Assembly: GCA_951406725.2 (NCBI GenBank)
Contig: OX597826.1
Coordinates: 11,842,001-11,906,000, forward strand
Direction: 5' to 3'
Source: Octopus vulgaris
Taxonomy: Eukaryota
Length of the DNA: 64,000 nt
Below the pieces are notes generated by a model, which saw only the letters and a program-made list of their open reading frames with translations, had not been told where the DNA came from and searched no databases. Both the position numbers and the translations under genes were made by a program. How positions within the stretch are numbered: position 1 is the stretch's first letter; the number at the start of each line of letters is the position of its first letter. Shown here in pieces: positions 1 through 13,073 of the stretch.

Positions 1-465
1 AAAATTTTGTGACTATTTCCAAGACTCCAATAATAATCAGATGTATCATGAACTTTATAACTTCTTCATTACCAGCACTTGAGAATTTCATACGTCTTAT
101 CAGTATAACGCTCAACTTTCTCTTTTCGTATACCTCTGGTCGCAAATGAGTATACCGTATCGTTTACAATGCGTAGTTTCTTCTTATCGACGACTACAAT
201 ACCCAGTTTGTTGTGTCCTATTTTTCTTTCGGTTTGTATAGTAAAATCCCATAACAACCCCACTTCACTGTTTTCAAGAGACTGTCTGTCTATTTTCCAC
301 TGTTTTTGTGCATACAAAAATTCCAGTATAGACTCATCATGTCTATACTTTATATATTCATTATGATTTAACCGTAGACATTTCGATATAATGTGAATTA
401 TGATCTTATTGTATTCATCACCACACATACCACATTTAACTGTGCAATCTTGTTGCTCTGTCATG
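1..465 (-). pseudogene. Fossil 3' ORF region of an R4/Dong-clade non-LTR retrotransposon (CCHC knuckle + restriction-like endonuclease)
   Basis: ORF 69..464(-): CGMCGDE..HIISKC..EYIKYRHD (CCHC knuckle) then LLWDFTIQTERKIGHNKLGIVVVDKKK..KEKVERY (degenerate PD..D..K RLE motif). Confidence 0.8.
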
Positions 466-467
466 CT

Positions 468-882
468 TTTATTTCTTTATTACCCACAAGGGGTTAAACA
501 TAGAGGGGACAAACAAGGACAGACAAAGGGATTAAGCCGATAACATCGACCCCAATGCGTAACTGGTACTTATTTAATAGACTCCGAAAGGATGAAAGGC
601 AAAGTTGACCTCGGCGGAATTTGAACTCAGAACGTAACGGCAGACGAAATACCTATTTGTATTTCTTTACTACCCACAAGGGGCTAAACACAGAGGGGAC
701 AAACAAGGACAGACAAACGGATTAAGTCGATTACATCGACCCCAGTGCGTAACTGGTACTTATTTAATCGACCCCGAAAGGATGAAAGGCAACGTCGACC
801 TCGGCGGAATTTGAACTCAGAACGTAGCGACAGACAAAATACTGCAAAGCATTTTGCTAACGTTTCTGCCAGCTCGCTGCCT
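468..882 (-). mobile_element. tRNA-derived SINE, family B, tandem of full copy + headless copy
   Basis: Minus strand reads AGGCAGCGAGCTGGCAGAAACGTTAG (A-box like), GAGTTCAAATTCC (B-box), GAGGTCGAC..GCCTTTCATCCTTTCGGGGTCGAT core; body present twice. Confidence 0.85.
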
Positions 883-1169
883 TAGACCAAGAGCTCTATC
901 ATGCTCTTGGTCCAGTCAACCCTTAGATTCCTGTGCCGCAACGATCATTCCTTCAGTTCTCCTCTTCAGTTCCTCTTCTTTAGCTAAAGCTAGCTGTTCT
1001 TCTTATCCTATATCTCTTTTGCATTCTTGTGAGACGATAAGGGAATTTGTTTTACTTCAAAATTTCATTTCCGCTTTTCCACGTTTCCCATTTTCTCTTT
1101 TTGTGTCCTACACATTCAGTAAATAGTTAATACATTGCTAAGAAGAGTTTCTTCTCTTCTATATAAATA

Positions 1170-1685
<516 letters not shown>

Positions 1686-2139
1686 TAGGAATCTAGACTT
1701 GCTTGACACACATTAACACTCTTCTTTCTGTTTTACTCCAGTATTTGTGAGTTCACATCTGACTAGGGATACATGCTTCTGTGCGATGTGAGCTGTCTTT
1801 TTTTGTTTTTCTGTCGACCTCCTTTGGTTTATCCTTTCTCCAATTAATGATTCCTACTTCATTGCTTATCAAGGATATTATCTTCATGTTTGATGCTTGG
1901 GGGGGGTTTACTAGCATTACAGCTGAATTTTAGAATCTTCTTCACTTTGAAAATATTCTTTACTGAGAGTTTTCTTCATTTTTATGCTTTTAATCTTGTT
2001 ACTTTCCGGTATTTTTTAAGGTTATACATCAAAATAAGGCAGCGAGCTGGCAGAATCGTTAGCACACCGGGAAAAATGCCTAGCAGCATTTCGCCCGACT
2101 TTACGTTTTCAGTTCAAATTTCACTGAGGTCGAAAATTC

Positions 2140-3535
2140 GGACTACCTCCTTGGATCCAGAAGGCAAGTTAGTGGTGCTGGATGTAAATGGTAGCTAATG
2201 AGGTGCCTTCAAACTAGTAGCTGTTTGTACTCCGACAGGGCCGGGACAGGCCAATTTCTTCAGGTCTCAAGAATGTTTCCCATGAACGTCTCGCACTTTA
2301 GTGCTTCGCTGTCTTGAAGCTACATTGGGACATCCAGGTTCTATTCAAACAGAGCAATCTGTAGGCATGTTGAAAGGAATAGCAGAGGTAGTCCGCATGC
2401 TAAAACCGTTGATTACACAGAACGCAATAATGTGATCTGTACGGTTGGCCTAGATTCGAAATCGGAGACCCGGTTACTTGAAGCTGAACATATCGCTCCT
2501 GGTGCCCCAAGCTTACAGAAACTCGGTTAGTTATGTGGGTGTTGCCGGATGCAGTCGTAAACGACGTATAGCAGTTCACTTTGAAATAGGCAATTAGAGT
2601 AGAATCGATAAGGTTCGAACAGATCTATCCACGACAACCAACTCATGCGATACGGCATTGAGAAAGTGGGTAAGTAGGATGGTAGTGGAGGCGCAATGGC
2701 CCAGTGGTTAGTGCAGCGGACTCGCGGTCATAGGATCGTGGTTTCGATTCACAGACCGGGCGTTGTGAGTGTTTATTGAGCGAAAACACCTAAAAGCTTC
2801 ACGAGGCTCCGGCAGGGGATGGTGGTGATCCCTGCTGTACTCTTTCACCACAACTTTCTCTCACTCTTACTTCCTGTTTCTGTCGTACCTGTATTTCAAG
2901 GGGCCGGCCTTGTCACTCTCTGTGTCACGCTGAATATCCCCGAGAACTACGTTAAGGGTGCACGTGTCTGTGGAGTGCTCAGCCACTTACACGTTAATTT
3001 CACGAGCAGGCTGTTCCGTTGATTCGGATCAACCGGAACCCTCGTCGTCGTAACCGACGGAGTGCTTCCACCAAAGTAGAATGGTATGGGTGAGACTAAT
3101 CAATTTAGTTCATTCAAAAGCTTTCGATAAGGTCGATCACCAATACGTCGCTGTTCTCATGACGGCTGGTTTTGGTTCCGTCCTCCACGGTCAGACTGCC
3201 GCTGTGTGCATTGGAATCTGTCCTATTGTAAGAGTGAACGGCCACCCATCCAGTAGGTTTTCATCCGTGTATGGGTTCGCTAAAAGTTTTCAATCTTTTA
3301 TTACTCATGTAATTTTGTTTTAATTAATGCGTTTTTAAGTATATATGTTTTACTTATTCTATGTAATTATGTTAATTTTGTTTAATGTCTCTCTATAATT
3401 GCATAACATCTTTGACACTTCCCGTCCTTTCGTACCTAACTTTTTTTGTCCCATCTTACATGATCTTAAGCCTTTCGTTTAATGTTCATTGTATTTTATT
3501 GCACGTTCCACACCCGTGTGGCTAATAAAGAAACA
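2140..3535 (+). pseudogene. Fragmented Tx1/L1-clade LINE (APE endonuclease and RT remnants, 3' UTR), interrupted by a SINE
   Basis: LDPEGKLVVLDV (APE-like) at ~2150; LINLVHSKAFDKVDHQY..AGFG..IVRVNG (RT) in ORF 3081..3323; GCTAATAAAGAAA end at ~3520-3533. Confidence 0.7.
2687..3070 (+). mobile_element. tRNA-derived SINE, family C head with tail type 1
   Basis: GGAGGCGCAATGGCCCAGTGGTTAG A-box, GGTTTCGATTC B-box; same head at 37440, 38838 and 50598 on the minus strand. Confidence 0.9.
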
Positions 3536-5840
3536 TACTTTTGTTATGTTTTCCTTTTTCAATAACATTTACATAATTTGCAGATTCTCAGTGTGTGAAG
3601 TATTTGTCATATTCTTATTGATACACTCATGACCAAGTGTTATGTTATCTTAACAGACTCTTTACTAGCAGCGTCAGCTTAGTTTACCTTGAAAACTGAA
3701 CCCACTTTTTACGTAGAACAACAAACCAGACAGCTGAAGAATTAATTTTAAACTATGACCCATCTTCTTTTACTTTCTCTTTGCTTTAGCTTTCAAACGT
3801 ATAATGAGAAGATAGTTGCTTGAGCGCAAATGATTCTTTGGCTCAAATGTCAATAAAAACCAATAAAAATCATTATTTTGCAGTAACTGTGAGCATACAC
3901 ACCAGATTTAGGAAACAAGATTGTCTCACAAAAGAAGCGTAATTTTAGATGAGGAATTTGGATGATTTTCAAGCTCGGTTTCAGGTTTTCAAGAAAACTA
4001 GTTTCCATTTTACGCGTTTATAAGCAAAAACATAAGCACTTCTTGAAACATTATAACAAAGGACTCACCTGCTTACTCTTCCTTTGAGGTTTATGATTTT
4101 CCATGCAAAGTGTCGCTCTACTTTAATATAGGACGACATATAATCTACTCTTTGGAAGACATCCACGTCAACATAATCCCAAACCGCTATCTTCAAATTC
4201 AATAGTGACTGTAAGTGAAAAATATATAAATAAAAAAAGGTTACATATGCCATTTAGATGCAAACTTATTCAACGATAAGCGTTTCTTTGTCTAGAAAAT
4301 CTGAAAGTGATTTTCAACACGAAGGATAACTAGAATTATGCATAGTCAGAAACAGCAAGAGTCCTAGATTGTTTGAAAATATGATTCAAAGACTGATTGA
4401 GTAATTTATCCACACAGTCATTGCATTGTCTCCTTATCTCTCTGTCTCTTAATGCCATAAGTAACTATTTCCGTATAAATATTTGAAAATCTGCCTGCAA
4501 ATCAACAAATCTTTGGTCAAAATATAGAGTATTGCCATCCCTTGCTGTTGGCATTAAAGATTAAAACAATTCTACTGCAGTAATTATTTACAACTAAGTT
4601 GAGTGGAGCTTTGATAACACGAGATGTCTTGGCAAAATATGCATCAAAGCACCAGTGATTACTGAACAAGAATCACTGCCGACTAACCTTACTTTTGAAC
4701 TAGATTGGGATTATAACCTCTTGCCAGAATATAAGTGCCTAATAACCTAAGAAATGCGATTCCGACAATGCCCAGAACATTAATTTTGGAGTCTTTAGAA
4801 CTATAATTGCTCTTTTAGCTATATTTATATAATTCATGTCAATGAAAATATTCTGCCCCTCAAAATATACAATATTTGCACACATACAAACACACTCACG
4901 TACACGCACACAAGCGGACATACATGGGCATAATTTGGCGCTCTGCGTTCTGAGACCTCTGTCAAGGTCAACTTTACAACTTTATTTTTTAATTATTCCG
5001 GGACCGATAAATAAAATGACAGTCAAATTGGAGGTTGATTCCTATCTCTCCTTTACTTTCGGAATTAACCATGTTGGGCCGTGTGGTACACTCTCAACAC
5101 CCTTTCTTTAGATATGGAGAAAAAGTTGAAACATATTATTAGAAACATCGTAGATAAACGGAAACTGATATGCTAACGAAACAGTCCAACGACGCCGGAC
5201 CTTTTTGCTGTTCATCGCATTTAATGGTGACCAATTTTTCCCTTTTGAGATATTTCGAATACTGTACATTTGAAATTTTTTTTACAGATTTAAAGAGTAA
5301 ACAAAGATTAAGTTGAAGTTTCCAAGTGTAACCCAACGGTTGTGTCTCTTTCTCGCTTCTATCTGGGCTGACTGTTGCTTTCTCACTTCACAAATTACCT
5401 TCCAGCAGAAAGAATGATGTTTTTGATGCTGATTGATCGGGCTAAATTTATTGAGGATGACTTTGGCTTGGACCTTTCCGGCATCAGGAATGATTTTATT
5501 GCAGCAAACAAATTTTTCTGCCTTATTTTAATACATTATATGGAGACAATGTTTAAATCATGTATTCTTAGCTCCAAGCCTCTGTGGTGTAGCAACGGTT
5601 TGCCCCTGTACAGAAGTACATACACTTGGTTCCAGATTTCGCAGACGTGACCTGGAAGAGTACTTGTGCTGAGGTTGCCATCATCCATCAAAATCATGAC
5701 TGGAATATTTTCTGGTCCACGCACGCACGTACACATACATACAACACACACACACACACGCACATACATAGTCATATAAATATGTATACGTATGCATATT
5801 TGTATATGTGCGCATAAGTATACATATGTATGTATACATG

Positions 5841-5922
5841 TCCCGAGCGTTATACAAAGACATCTGTTTGTTTTCTACACCACCTGTCTTCGTTTTTTGT
5901 TTTTTTCATGAATTCTTCCTAA
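5841..5922 (+). mobile_element. Truncated 3' piece of the 18-kb tandem (HHR-bearing) repeat family
   Basis: CCCGAGCGTTATAC..ACATCTGTTTGTTTTCTACACCACCTGTCTTCGT matches 18080-18160 and ends in a (TA)-rich tract. Confidence 0.75.
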
Positions 5923-5940
5923 ATATATACATACATATAT

Positions 5941-5989
<49 letters not shown>

Positions 5990-6078
5990 ATATTAATTAT
6001 ATATATTATTTGTTATTTATGTATTGGTTTATGTCTATCACTGTTTGAGTTGCATAATAGTAGTTTTATCTCTAATTC

Positions 6079-6121
<43 letters not shown>

Positions 6122-6195
6122 TTATAAATACGGACAATATCGATATTATCAAGTGGCCAGCATGGAAATAAATACAATACATATTACCTATGCAT

Positions 6196-6370
<175 letters not shown>

Positions 6371-7183
6371 ATATTTACAAACACAGATGGTTTGGGTGGG
6401 TGTTGGACGCAAGGTTGAAGTTTAGATTTGCAAATCGGTTGGCACAAAGTGCTTCAAGTGTTTGGATCTGTGTGTCCCTGTGTTTAATTTAATCCTCTGG
6501 CAGAAGATCGTGTTTTAATGACTGAAAAAAAAACGTGAAAAACAAAAAAGAAAAAGAGAAACGTATGGTATTATTGCTGTTAATTTTCCCGAAATCCTGG
6601 TTTCCTCTCTCTCCTTCATAGCAAATTATATTCCTTCCTAGCCTTGCATTAAAACCACTCATTGTTCAGTTGTATCACAGCTTTCAGTACCTTGCCTAAT
6701 GTTTGACAGAAGCGGACTTTGTTCTTGTTATTAGATGACTTAGTTAGTGCATATGCACCCAGTTGGCACAGAGGTACTCAGTAATGGGAAGCACCAGTTC
6801 TCAGCATGGCATTCGTCATTCACTGATGTCAACGGCTGCGTCAATTATTTCAGGCAGTAGATTGCACCTCGTGGAAACCAATGCCGTGTTACTGATGTTA
6901 CCCTAGATATTGGTACTCCAGAAGTAATTATGGTCCTTACCAAGCTTGTTAACATCCTGGTATCATAGTTTCAGTTTACTGCCAATGAGTATTGTTCAAC
7001 ATCGGGGGTCGATTCATCGACTTGCTGGTATCAAGAAGAAATACTATGTTGCAAGTGATAAAGATTGTCTGGGCATTGTTTCATTCTTATATTTTATTAT
7101 TATTATTATTATTATTACTATTATCATTATTATTATTATTTCTAAGTCTCTCTAAAGGAGACTACGGCAGAGGTACTGAATAT

Positions 7184-7418
7184 TAATATGGCAGTCCATA
7201 AACATAGGACGAATGCTGCCGTTGATTAGCTCCAAGAGGCCATCGCCTCTAGCTAGTTATGTGACACACGAATCTGTATCGAAGAGAAGCGGCTGACCTC
7301 CCTCGTTCGAAGATTATAATGGACACAGGTTCGTGTGTCACATAGCTTGCTAGAGGCGATGGCCTCTTGGGGCTAATCAACGGCAGCATTCATCCTATAT
7401 TTATGGACTGCCATATTA
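7184..7418. repeat. Foldback inverted repeat, ~97-bp arms, ~41-bp loop
   Basis: 7184-7280 is the reverse complement of 7322-7418 with ~7 mismatches. Confidence 0.9.
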
Positions 7419-7433
7419 GCTTGGCGATAACTA

Positions 7434-7489
<56 letters not shown>

Positions 7490-7517
7490 AAAAAAGCAAC
7501 AAGAATGGATCAATATA

Positions 7518-7602
7518 TCGGTACAATTGTTTCGTACGAGGACATCTTTAATAAAGCTACAAAAATTGCAGTAAATATAGGTGGCTCGTACTCATCAGCC
7601 GA
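7518..7602 (-). ncRNA. Type I hammerhead ribozyme motif
   Basis: Minus strand: UCGG-CUGAUGA-GUACGAG..CUCGUAC-GAAAC-AAUU-GUA-CCGA; stems I and II fully paired, palindromic stem III. Confidence 0.85.
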
Positions 7603-8694
7603 AAAAACATCAGAGATTCCCAAACATCAAAAGGGGTAATGTTACACTTATGAAACATCATGGAAAATTCTATAAAAATGAGAATTTAGATAACATATTG
7701 GTTTTTAAGAGTTCAATTAGTATTATACAGTCATATATCAGGTTATTAAAAAGTTTTTTCAAAACTAGGTGATACTTATTGATTTAAGTTAATTGATTTA
7801 ATTCTTCATTCTATTAGACTATGTAGATAATTTAAATTTTTCTCTCTATTTTTTTCTCTCTATTTCTTAGTCTATTTCACTTTAACCTACTTATAGAAAA
7901 TTAGTTAAACTTCTTAGTTTCTTTTACACTAATAACTAATTCTGCTAATCCCAAACCTATTATAATATAATATAATATATTATAATATAATTGTATGGTT
8001 TCATTAGAAAATAACTCCTGTTTTCTTTTTTCTTTTCTTTTCTTCTGACCTCTCATTGTAACCTGACAATCTATTAATTGTAACATTAATGAATAAAGAA
8101 ATAAATTAAATGACCTCAGTTCGAATTTTGCACCAAATAAGCTTAGATGTTTTCTTACAGTAACAACTTGTGACCCTCCCTTTTAGTTTCCCTCTTTTTA
8201 TAGCAATTAATTGCAGTAACTGGTAAAATTCCTCTTTCTTCCTTAGCTCTGTGATTCTTGTAAATTTCAATAACAATCTGTTCCTCTACACGAAAAAACT
8301 GTCGCTTTGCTTCTTACTCGGATTATAATACAGCAGTTCCCAGAAATTTCGCACGATTGTATCCAAAATTTCTTCACATAGCTTGATTAACAATTTACTA
8401 TGAACTATATATGGACAAGCACATATTCTGTAAGTTCAAAACCTCTCATCGGATCTCCAGGAATCGAATTTTCTTCAATGCAGTTAAACTCACACCCTCA
8501 TTTGTATCTTCACTCTCTGGAAAACTATGATGTTTTGAAAAAACTTTTTAATAACCTGATATATGACTGTATAATACTAATTGAGCTCTTAAGAACCAAT
8601 ATGTTATCTAAATTCTCATTTTTATAGAATTTTCCATGATGTTTCATAAGTGTAACATTACCCCCTTTGATGTTTGGGAATCTCTGATATTTTT

Positions 8695-8779
8695 TCGGCT
8701 GATGAGTACGAGCCACCTATATTTACTGCAATTTTTGTAGCTTTATTAAAGATGTCCTCGTACGAAACAATTGTACCAA
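8695..8779 (+). ncRNA. Type I hammerhead ribozyme motif
   Basis: TCGG-CTGATGA-GTACGAG..CTCGTAC-GAAAC-AATT-GTA-CCAA (one stem I mismatch). Confidence 0.8.
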
Positions 8780-8933
8780 TATATTGATCCATTCTTGTTG
8801 CTTTTTTCCTATTTGTAATCACCCCACTTTGTCGTATGGTTAACACCATATAGATTTCCAGTGCATCCTAGTTAAGGACCATATTCATGTGAATTCATTA
8901 GAACTTACTTGAATCTCAATTACTTAAACCGTA

Positions 8934-8974
<41 letters not shown>

Positions 8975-9057
8975 TAAATATTAGGGAATAAATCCAAATT
9001 TACAGGAAAAAATCAGATTTAGGATTAAATCCAATTTTATAGTAAAATATTATAAAA

Positions 9058-9339
9058 TATTATTAGAGACAAAACCACTATTTTGTAAAACAAACAAGGA
9101 AAGACTTAATCAATACATAAAATTTTAATAAATAGTCACCGCCACTACAATTGATCGACAATTTCAGGTGGACTTCAATAAGTCAGTTTCAATTTGAAAC
9201 TGACTTATTGAAGTCCACCTGAAGATTGTCGATCAAGACAAGAAACGATTGTAGTGCGGTTTTTTTGACTATTTATTAAAATTTTATGTATTGATTAAGT
9301 CTTTCCTTGTTTGTTTTACAAAATAGTGGTTTTGTCTCT

Positions 9340-9346
<7 letters not shown>
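9058..9346. repeat. Near-perfect palindrome centred at 9193, between (TA)n tracts
   Basis: ..AAGTCAGTTTCAA-T-TTGAAACTGACTT..; arms ~135 and ~150 bp. Confidence 0.9.
9215..9256 (+). ncRNA. Minimal type I hammerhead ribozyme motif
   Basis: CCAC-CTGAAGA-TTGTC-GATCAA-GACAA-GAAAC-GATT-GTA-GTG. Confidence 0.75.
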
Positions 9347-9381
<35 letters not shown>

Positions 9382-9440
9382 TTATATATGTGTGTGTGTA
9401 TAAATGTCTCTGCATCGTGATCTGCAATGTAAAATTTTTT

Positions 9441-9566
9441 CTACCCTGATGATAGAGGCTCGATTTATCTACTGCTTATTTGCTACCACTGCGGCCGTTA
9501 TATAATGGTGAACAACACCTACGAATATTATGACGGAACCCGAACCTCCAGAAACAGGTGTTAACT
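9441..9566 (+). ncRNA. Degenerate hammerhead-like motif with long stem II
   Basis: CTGATGA-TAGAGGCTCG..CGAACCTCCA-GAAAC-AGGT-GTT; stem II has 2 mismatches and stem I is not paired. Confidence 0.4.
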
Positions 9567-10116
9567 GATAACACCTTACCTCTCCCCCTTTAATTTTCTC
9601 TATCTTATGCTGACCGTGCCAGTTTGATCTATTAGTATATAATTATCTATATTTTCATACTTAGATATTTATCGTCTGGAAGTCTTTAGTCATTGCTTTC
9701 TTTCTGTTTGCCTGTACACACACACACATTTATATTTTATATCAAATCCATGCTATCAAATTTAATTTGTTTATCAGAATAACTGAATATATATACGAAT
9801 ATATATATATATATATATATACATAAATATAGAACATCAAGCAGACAATACTGTTCAACCTGCCGCCAGTAACGAACCTATAACGACAACAAGAAACAGC
9901 TGTAAGTCAAATTTACTGTAATAAAAAAAGAATGTAATAATCATTATTCATACCTTGTCTTGCACACACATGCATACACACGCGTGCTCATCAAAATATA
10001 TTTGTGAGTATCTCTCTATCTCTCTATCTATCTATCTATCTCTATATATATATGCTTTCGGTGCGAATAGTTTTTTATACGGTACTATGTGCATATATAT
10101 ATATATATATATATTC

Positions 10117-10517
10117 TTTTATTCCTTTATTTGTTTCAGGCATTTGACTGCAGCATGTTAGCGTACCACCTTCAAGGGTTTTTAGTCGAACAATCGACCC
10201 CAGAACTTTTTTTAAAGCCTAGTACTTATCTTATTGTTTGTTTTTGCCGAGTCGCTAGGTACGGGGACGTAAACACACCAGCACCGGTTGTCAAAGCTGT
10301 GATGGTGGTGGTGGTGGGGGGGCAAACACAGACACAAAGACACACACACACACACACATATATACGACGGGCTTCTTTCAGGTTTCGTTTACCAAATCCA
10401 CTAACAAGGCTTTGATCGTTCCGAGGCAATAGTTGAAGACACTTGCCCAAGGTGACATGCAGTGGGACTGAATCTGGAACCATGTGGTTGGGAAGCAAGC
10501 TTCTTAACCACCCCTCC
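10117..10517 (-). mobile_element. SINE family A
   Basis: Reverse complement of the 1170-1685 consensus, diverged. Confidence 0.85.
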
Positions 10518-10529
10518 CACATATATGCT

Positions 10530-10848
10530 GAAACCCCTTCCGTCATGACTGACCATGAGATTGCACCTAGAAAACTACCCTTCCAGGCACAAGTCCGGGT
10601 AAGTTTGTTTATGGAAGACCAGCAGTTACCCATGCAAACTGGCCTCCTCTCTCCAAGCCACCAGTGTTATCCAAGAGAAAGGCAAAGGGGCCGATACAGT
10701 TTGGCACCGGTGACGTCTACATGTGAATGAACTGGAGCAACGTGAAATAAAGTGTCTTGCTCAAGAACACAACACGCAACCCGGTCTAGGATTCGAACTC
10801 ACAACATCACGATCATAAGCTCGACGCTCTAACCAGAGCCATACTCCT
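10530..10848 (-). mobile_element. tRNA/CORE-like SINE family D, tail type a
   Basis: Minus: tRNA head, TTGAGCAAGACACTTTATTTCACGTTGCTCCAG core; same as 21543-21878. Confidence 0.8.
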
Positions 10849-10863
10849 TCATTAATATATATA

Positions 10864-10931
<68 letters not shown>

Positions 10932-10934
10932 TAC

Positions 10935-10969
<35 letters not shown>

Positions 10970-11370
10970 TGTGTATATATATATATATACACATACATAT
11001 ATGCATATATATAACATATATACATACATATATACATATATATATACTCACATACAAACCCTGCTTTCAATTGAGCCCATATGGTATAATAAACATAGTG
11101 AATAAAGGGGGATAGGTGCCAACATTTTGACGTGCCGTAGGTTTGCCATTTGGTTGGAATATCTTTGTGTGTATGTTTGCGGTATATTTATATATATATA
11201 TATATATACCCGCACACACATGAATACATATATATCTATATACCCGCACACACATGAATACATATATATCTGTGTGCGTGCTAAGAGTGCATTCATATAG
11301 TTGTTATGAATTAGTTAATAAATTACGGGCAATATTCCAAGGTGAGTGAGTGTGTGTGTGTGTGTGTGTT

Positions 11371-11402
<32 letters not shown>

Positions 11403-11789
11403 AGTGAGTGTGTGGAGTGTGGAGTGTGGAGTGAGGAAGTAGGTAATTTGCTGGCGTCCTCATTCTTTTCCTGAATATTCAAAGTTCATAATGTCACAAA
11501 TAACATAAGATCTTAGTAAATTTACATTTATATAGATGGAACTGTCAGAAATGTGTGATGTATTATTAATCTTAGCCAGTCCTTTTGCAGAAACGTTAGA
11601 GCGTCGGGTAAATTCCCTGAGGTAAATGTTCCGACTCTTTACGTTCTGCGTTCAAATCACACCAACGTTTACATTGCCTCATGTCTTAAAAGAATATAAA
11701 GGATTGGGGGAAAACGAGACGGTGGTAGCAATATCTCGTCTGCTATGCTACAATTACTATCTGAACAAATCGAAGTACTAAAACTACTA

Positions 11790-12072
11790 AAATGGAACAG
11801 CCTGCTCATGAAATTAACATGGAAGTGGCTGAGTATTCCACAGACTTGTGTATCCTTAATGAGGTTTCCAGAGACATTCAGCGTGACACAGAATAAAGTG
11901 TGATAAGGCCGGCCCTTTGAATTACAAGTACTACTCACTTTGGCCAGTTGAGCGAACTGGAACAACGTGAAATAAAGTGTCTTGCTCAAGGACACAACGC
12001 GACACCGGAAATGGAACTCAGGGCCTTACGATCGTGAACCGAATACCTCTAACCACTAAGCCACTCGCCTTC
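11790..12072 (-). mobile_element. SINE family D head with the tail seen in family C at 2900-3020
   Basis: Tail TCACGCTGAATGTC..CTGTGGAATACTCAGCCACTT..TTAATTTCATGAGCAGGCTGTTCC shared with 2925-3020. Confidence 0.8.
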
Positions 12073-12163
12073 ACAGTCGAAGAACATGGTAGGCGTAAAC
12101 AAGGAGACATCTTTAAACACAAAAAGAGCCCTGCAAGGCTCTTTTTGTGTTTAAAGATATACT

Positions 12164-12569
12164 CATTTACTCTTTTACTTGTTTCAGTCATTTGACTGCG
12201 GCCATGCTGGAGCACCGCCTTTAATCGAGCAACTCGACCCGGGACTTATTCTTTTGTAAGCCCAGTACTTATTCTATCGGTCTCTTTTGCCGAACCGCTA
12301 AGTAACCGGGACGTAAACACACCAGCATCGGTTGTCAAGCAATGCTAGGGGGACAAACACAGACACACAAACATACACGCACACACACATATATATATAC
12401 ATATATACGACGGGCTTCTTTCAGTTTCCGTCTACCAAATCCACTCACAAGGCATTGGTCGGCCCGGGGCTATAGCAGAAGACACTTGCCCAAGGTGCCA
12501 CGCAGTGGGACTGAACCCGGAACCATGTGGTTGGTTAGCAAGCTACCTACCACACAGCCACTCCTGCGA
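12164..12569 (-). mobile_element. SINE family A
   Basis: Full reverse-complement copy. Confidence 0.9.
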
Positions 12570-13073
12570 TATATATATAAAAAATAAACTTGGTACTTGC
12601 TTATTATTATCGACAGGTAATTCTTTTATTGACTAAAGAATTAGTAAATAAACTATTAAGCAAATGCCTAATTCCTTGCCCTTTTCCTTCTCCATGAGAT
12701 TGTGATAGCTTAATCGAAGTCCGCCGAACAACTCTCACGAATATAACAGTTTATTATTGGTTGTCGATAAGAAAAATACCATAAACTTTATTTAAATTAA
12801 CAGTATTGAAAGTGTCAGCATAGTTCATTGATAAAAGTAGTATAAAATAAACTGAAGACGAACTTGCTCATAAAAAAAAATTCTTCATGCTAGAGACAGT
12901 TATTTTTTTTTCCCAGGTGCAGGCGTGACCGTGTGGTACGATATAATTCGTTGACTCTGGCGGGAATTTTTCATGAATATTAAAAAGAAAAAAAAGAACA
13001 TTCTGAAAAAAAAAGATACTCTAATGTAAGAGTTGCCAAATCATTACACCGTCTTAGTACTTCATAAATAGTC

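Larger units (their letters stand above)
7485..8812. mobile_element. PLE-like insertion with ~280-bp inverted arms (7485-7765 / 8532-8812), each with a hammerhead motif, flanked by (TA)n
   Basis: Arms near-identical in reverse complement (mirror ORFs 7581+ and 8525-); (TA)n at 7437-7486 and ~8935-8968. Confidence 0.8.

Noticed and set aside
4500-4660. Possible hAT transposase C-terminal remnant (WSKYR..PSLA..VEWSF)
   Set aside because: Too degenerate to call without a profile search.
12342-12587. Recurrent peptide [15 protein letters not shown].. in many ORFs
   Set aside because: Antisense translation of SINE family A, not a protein family.
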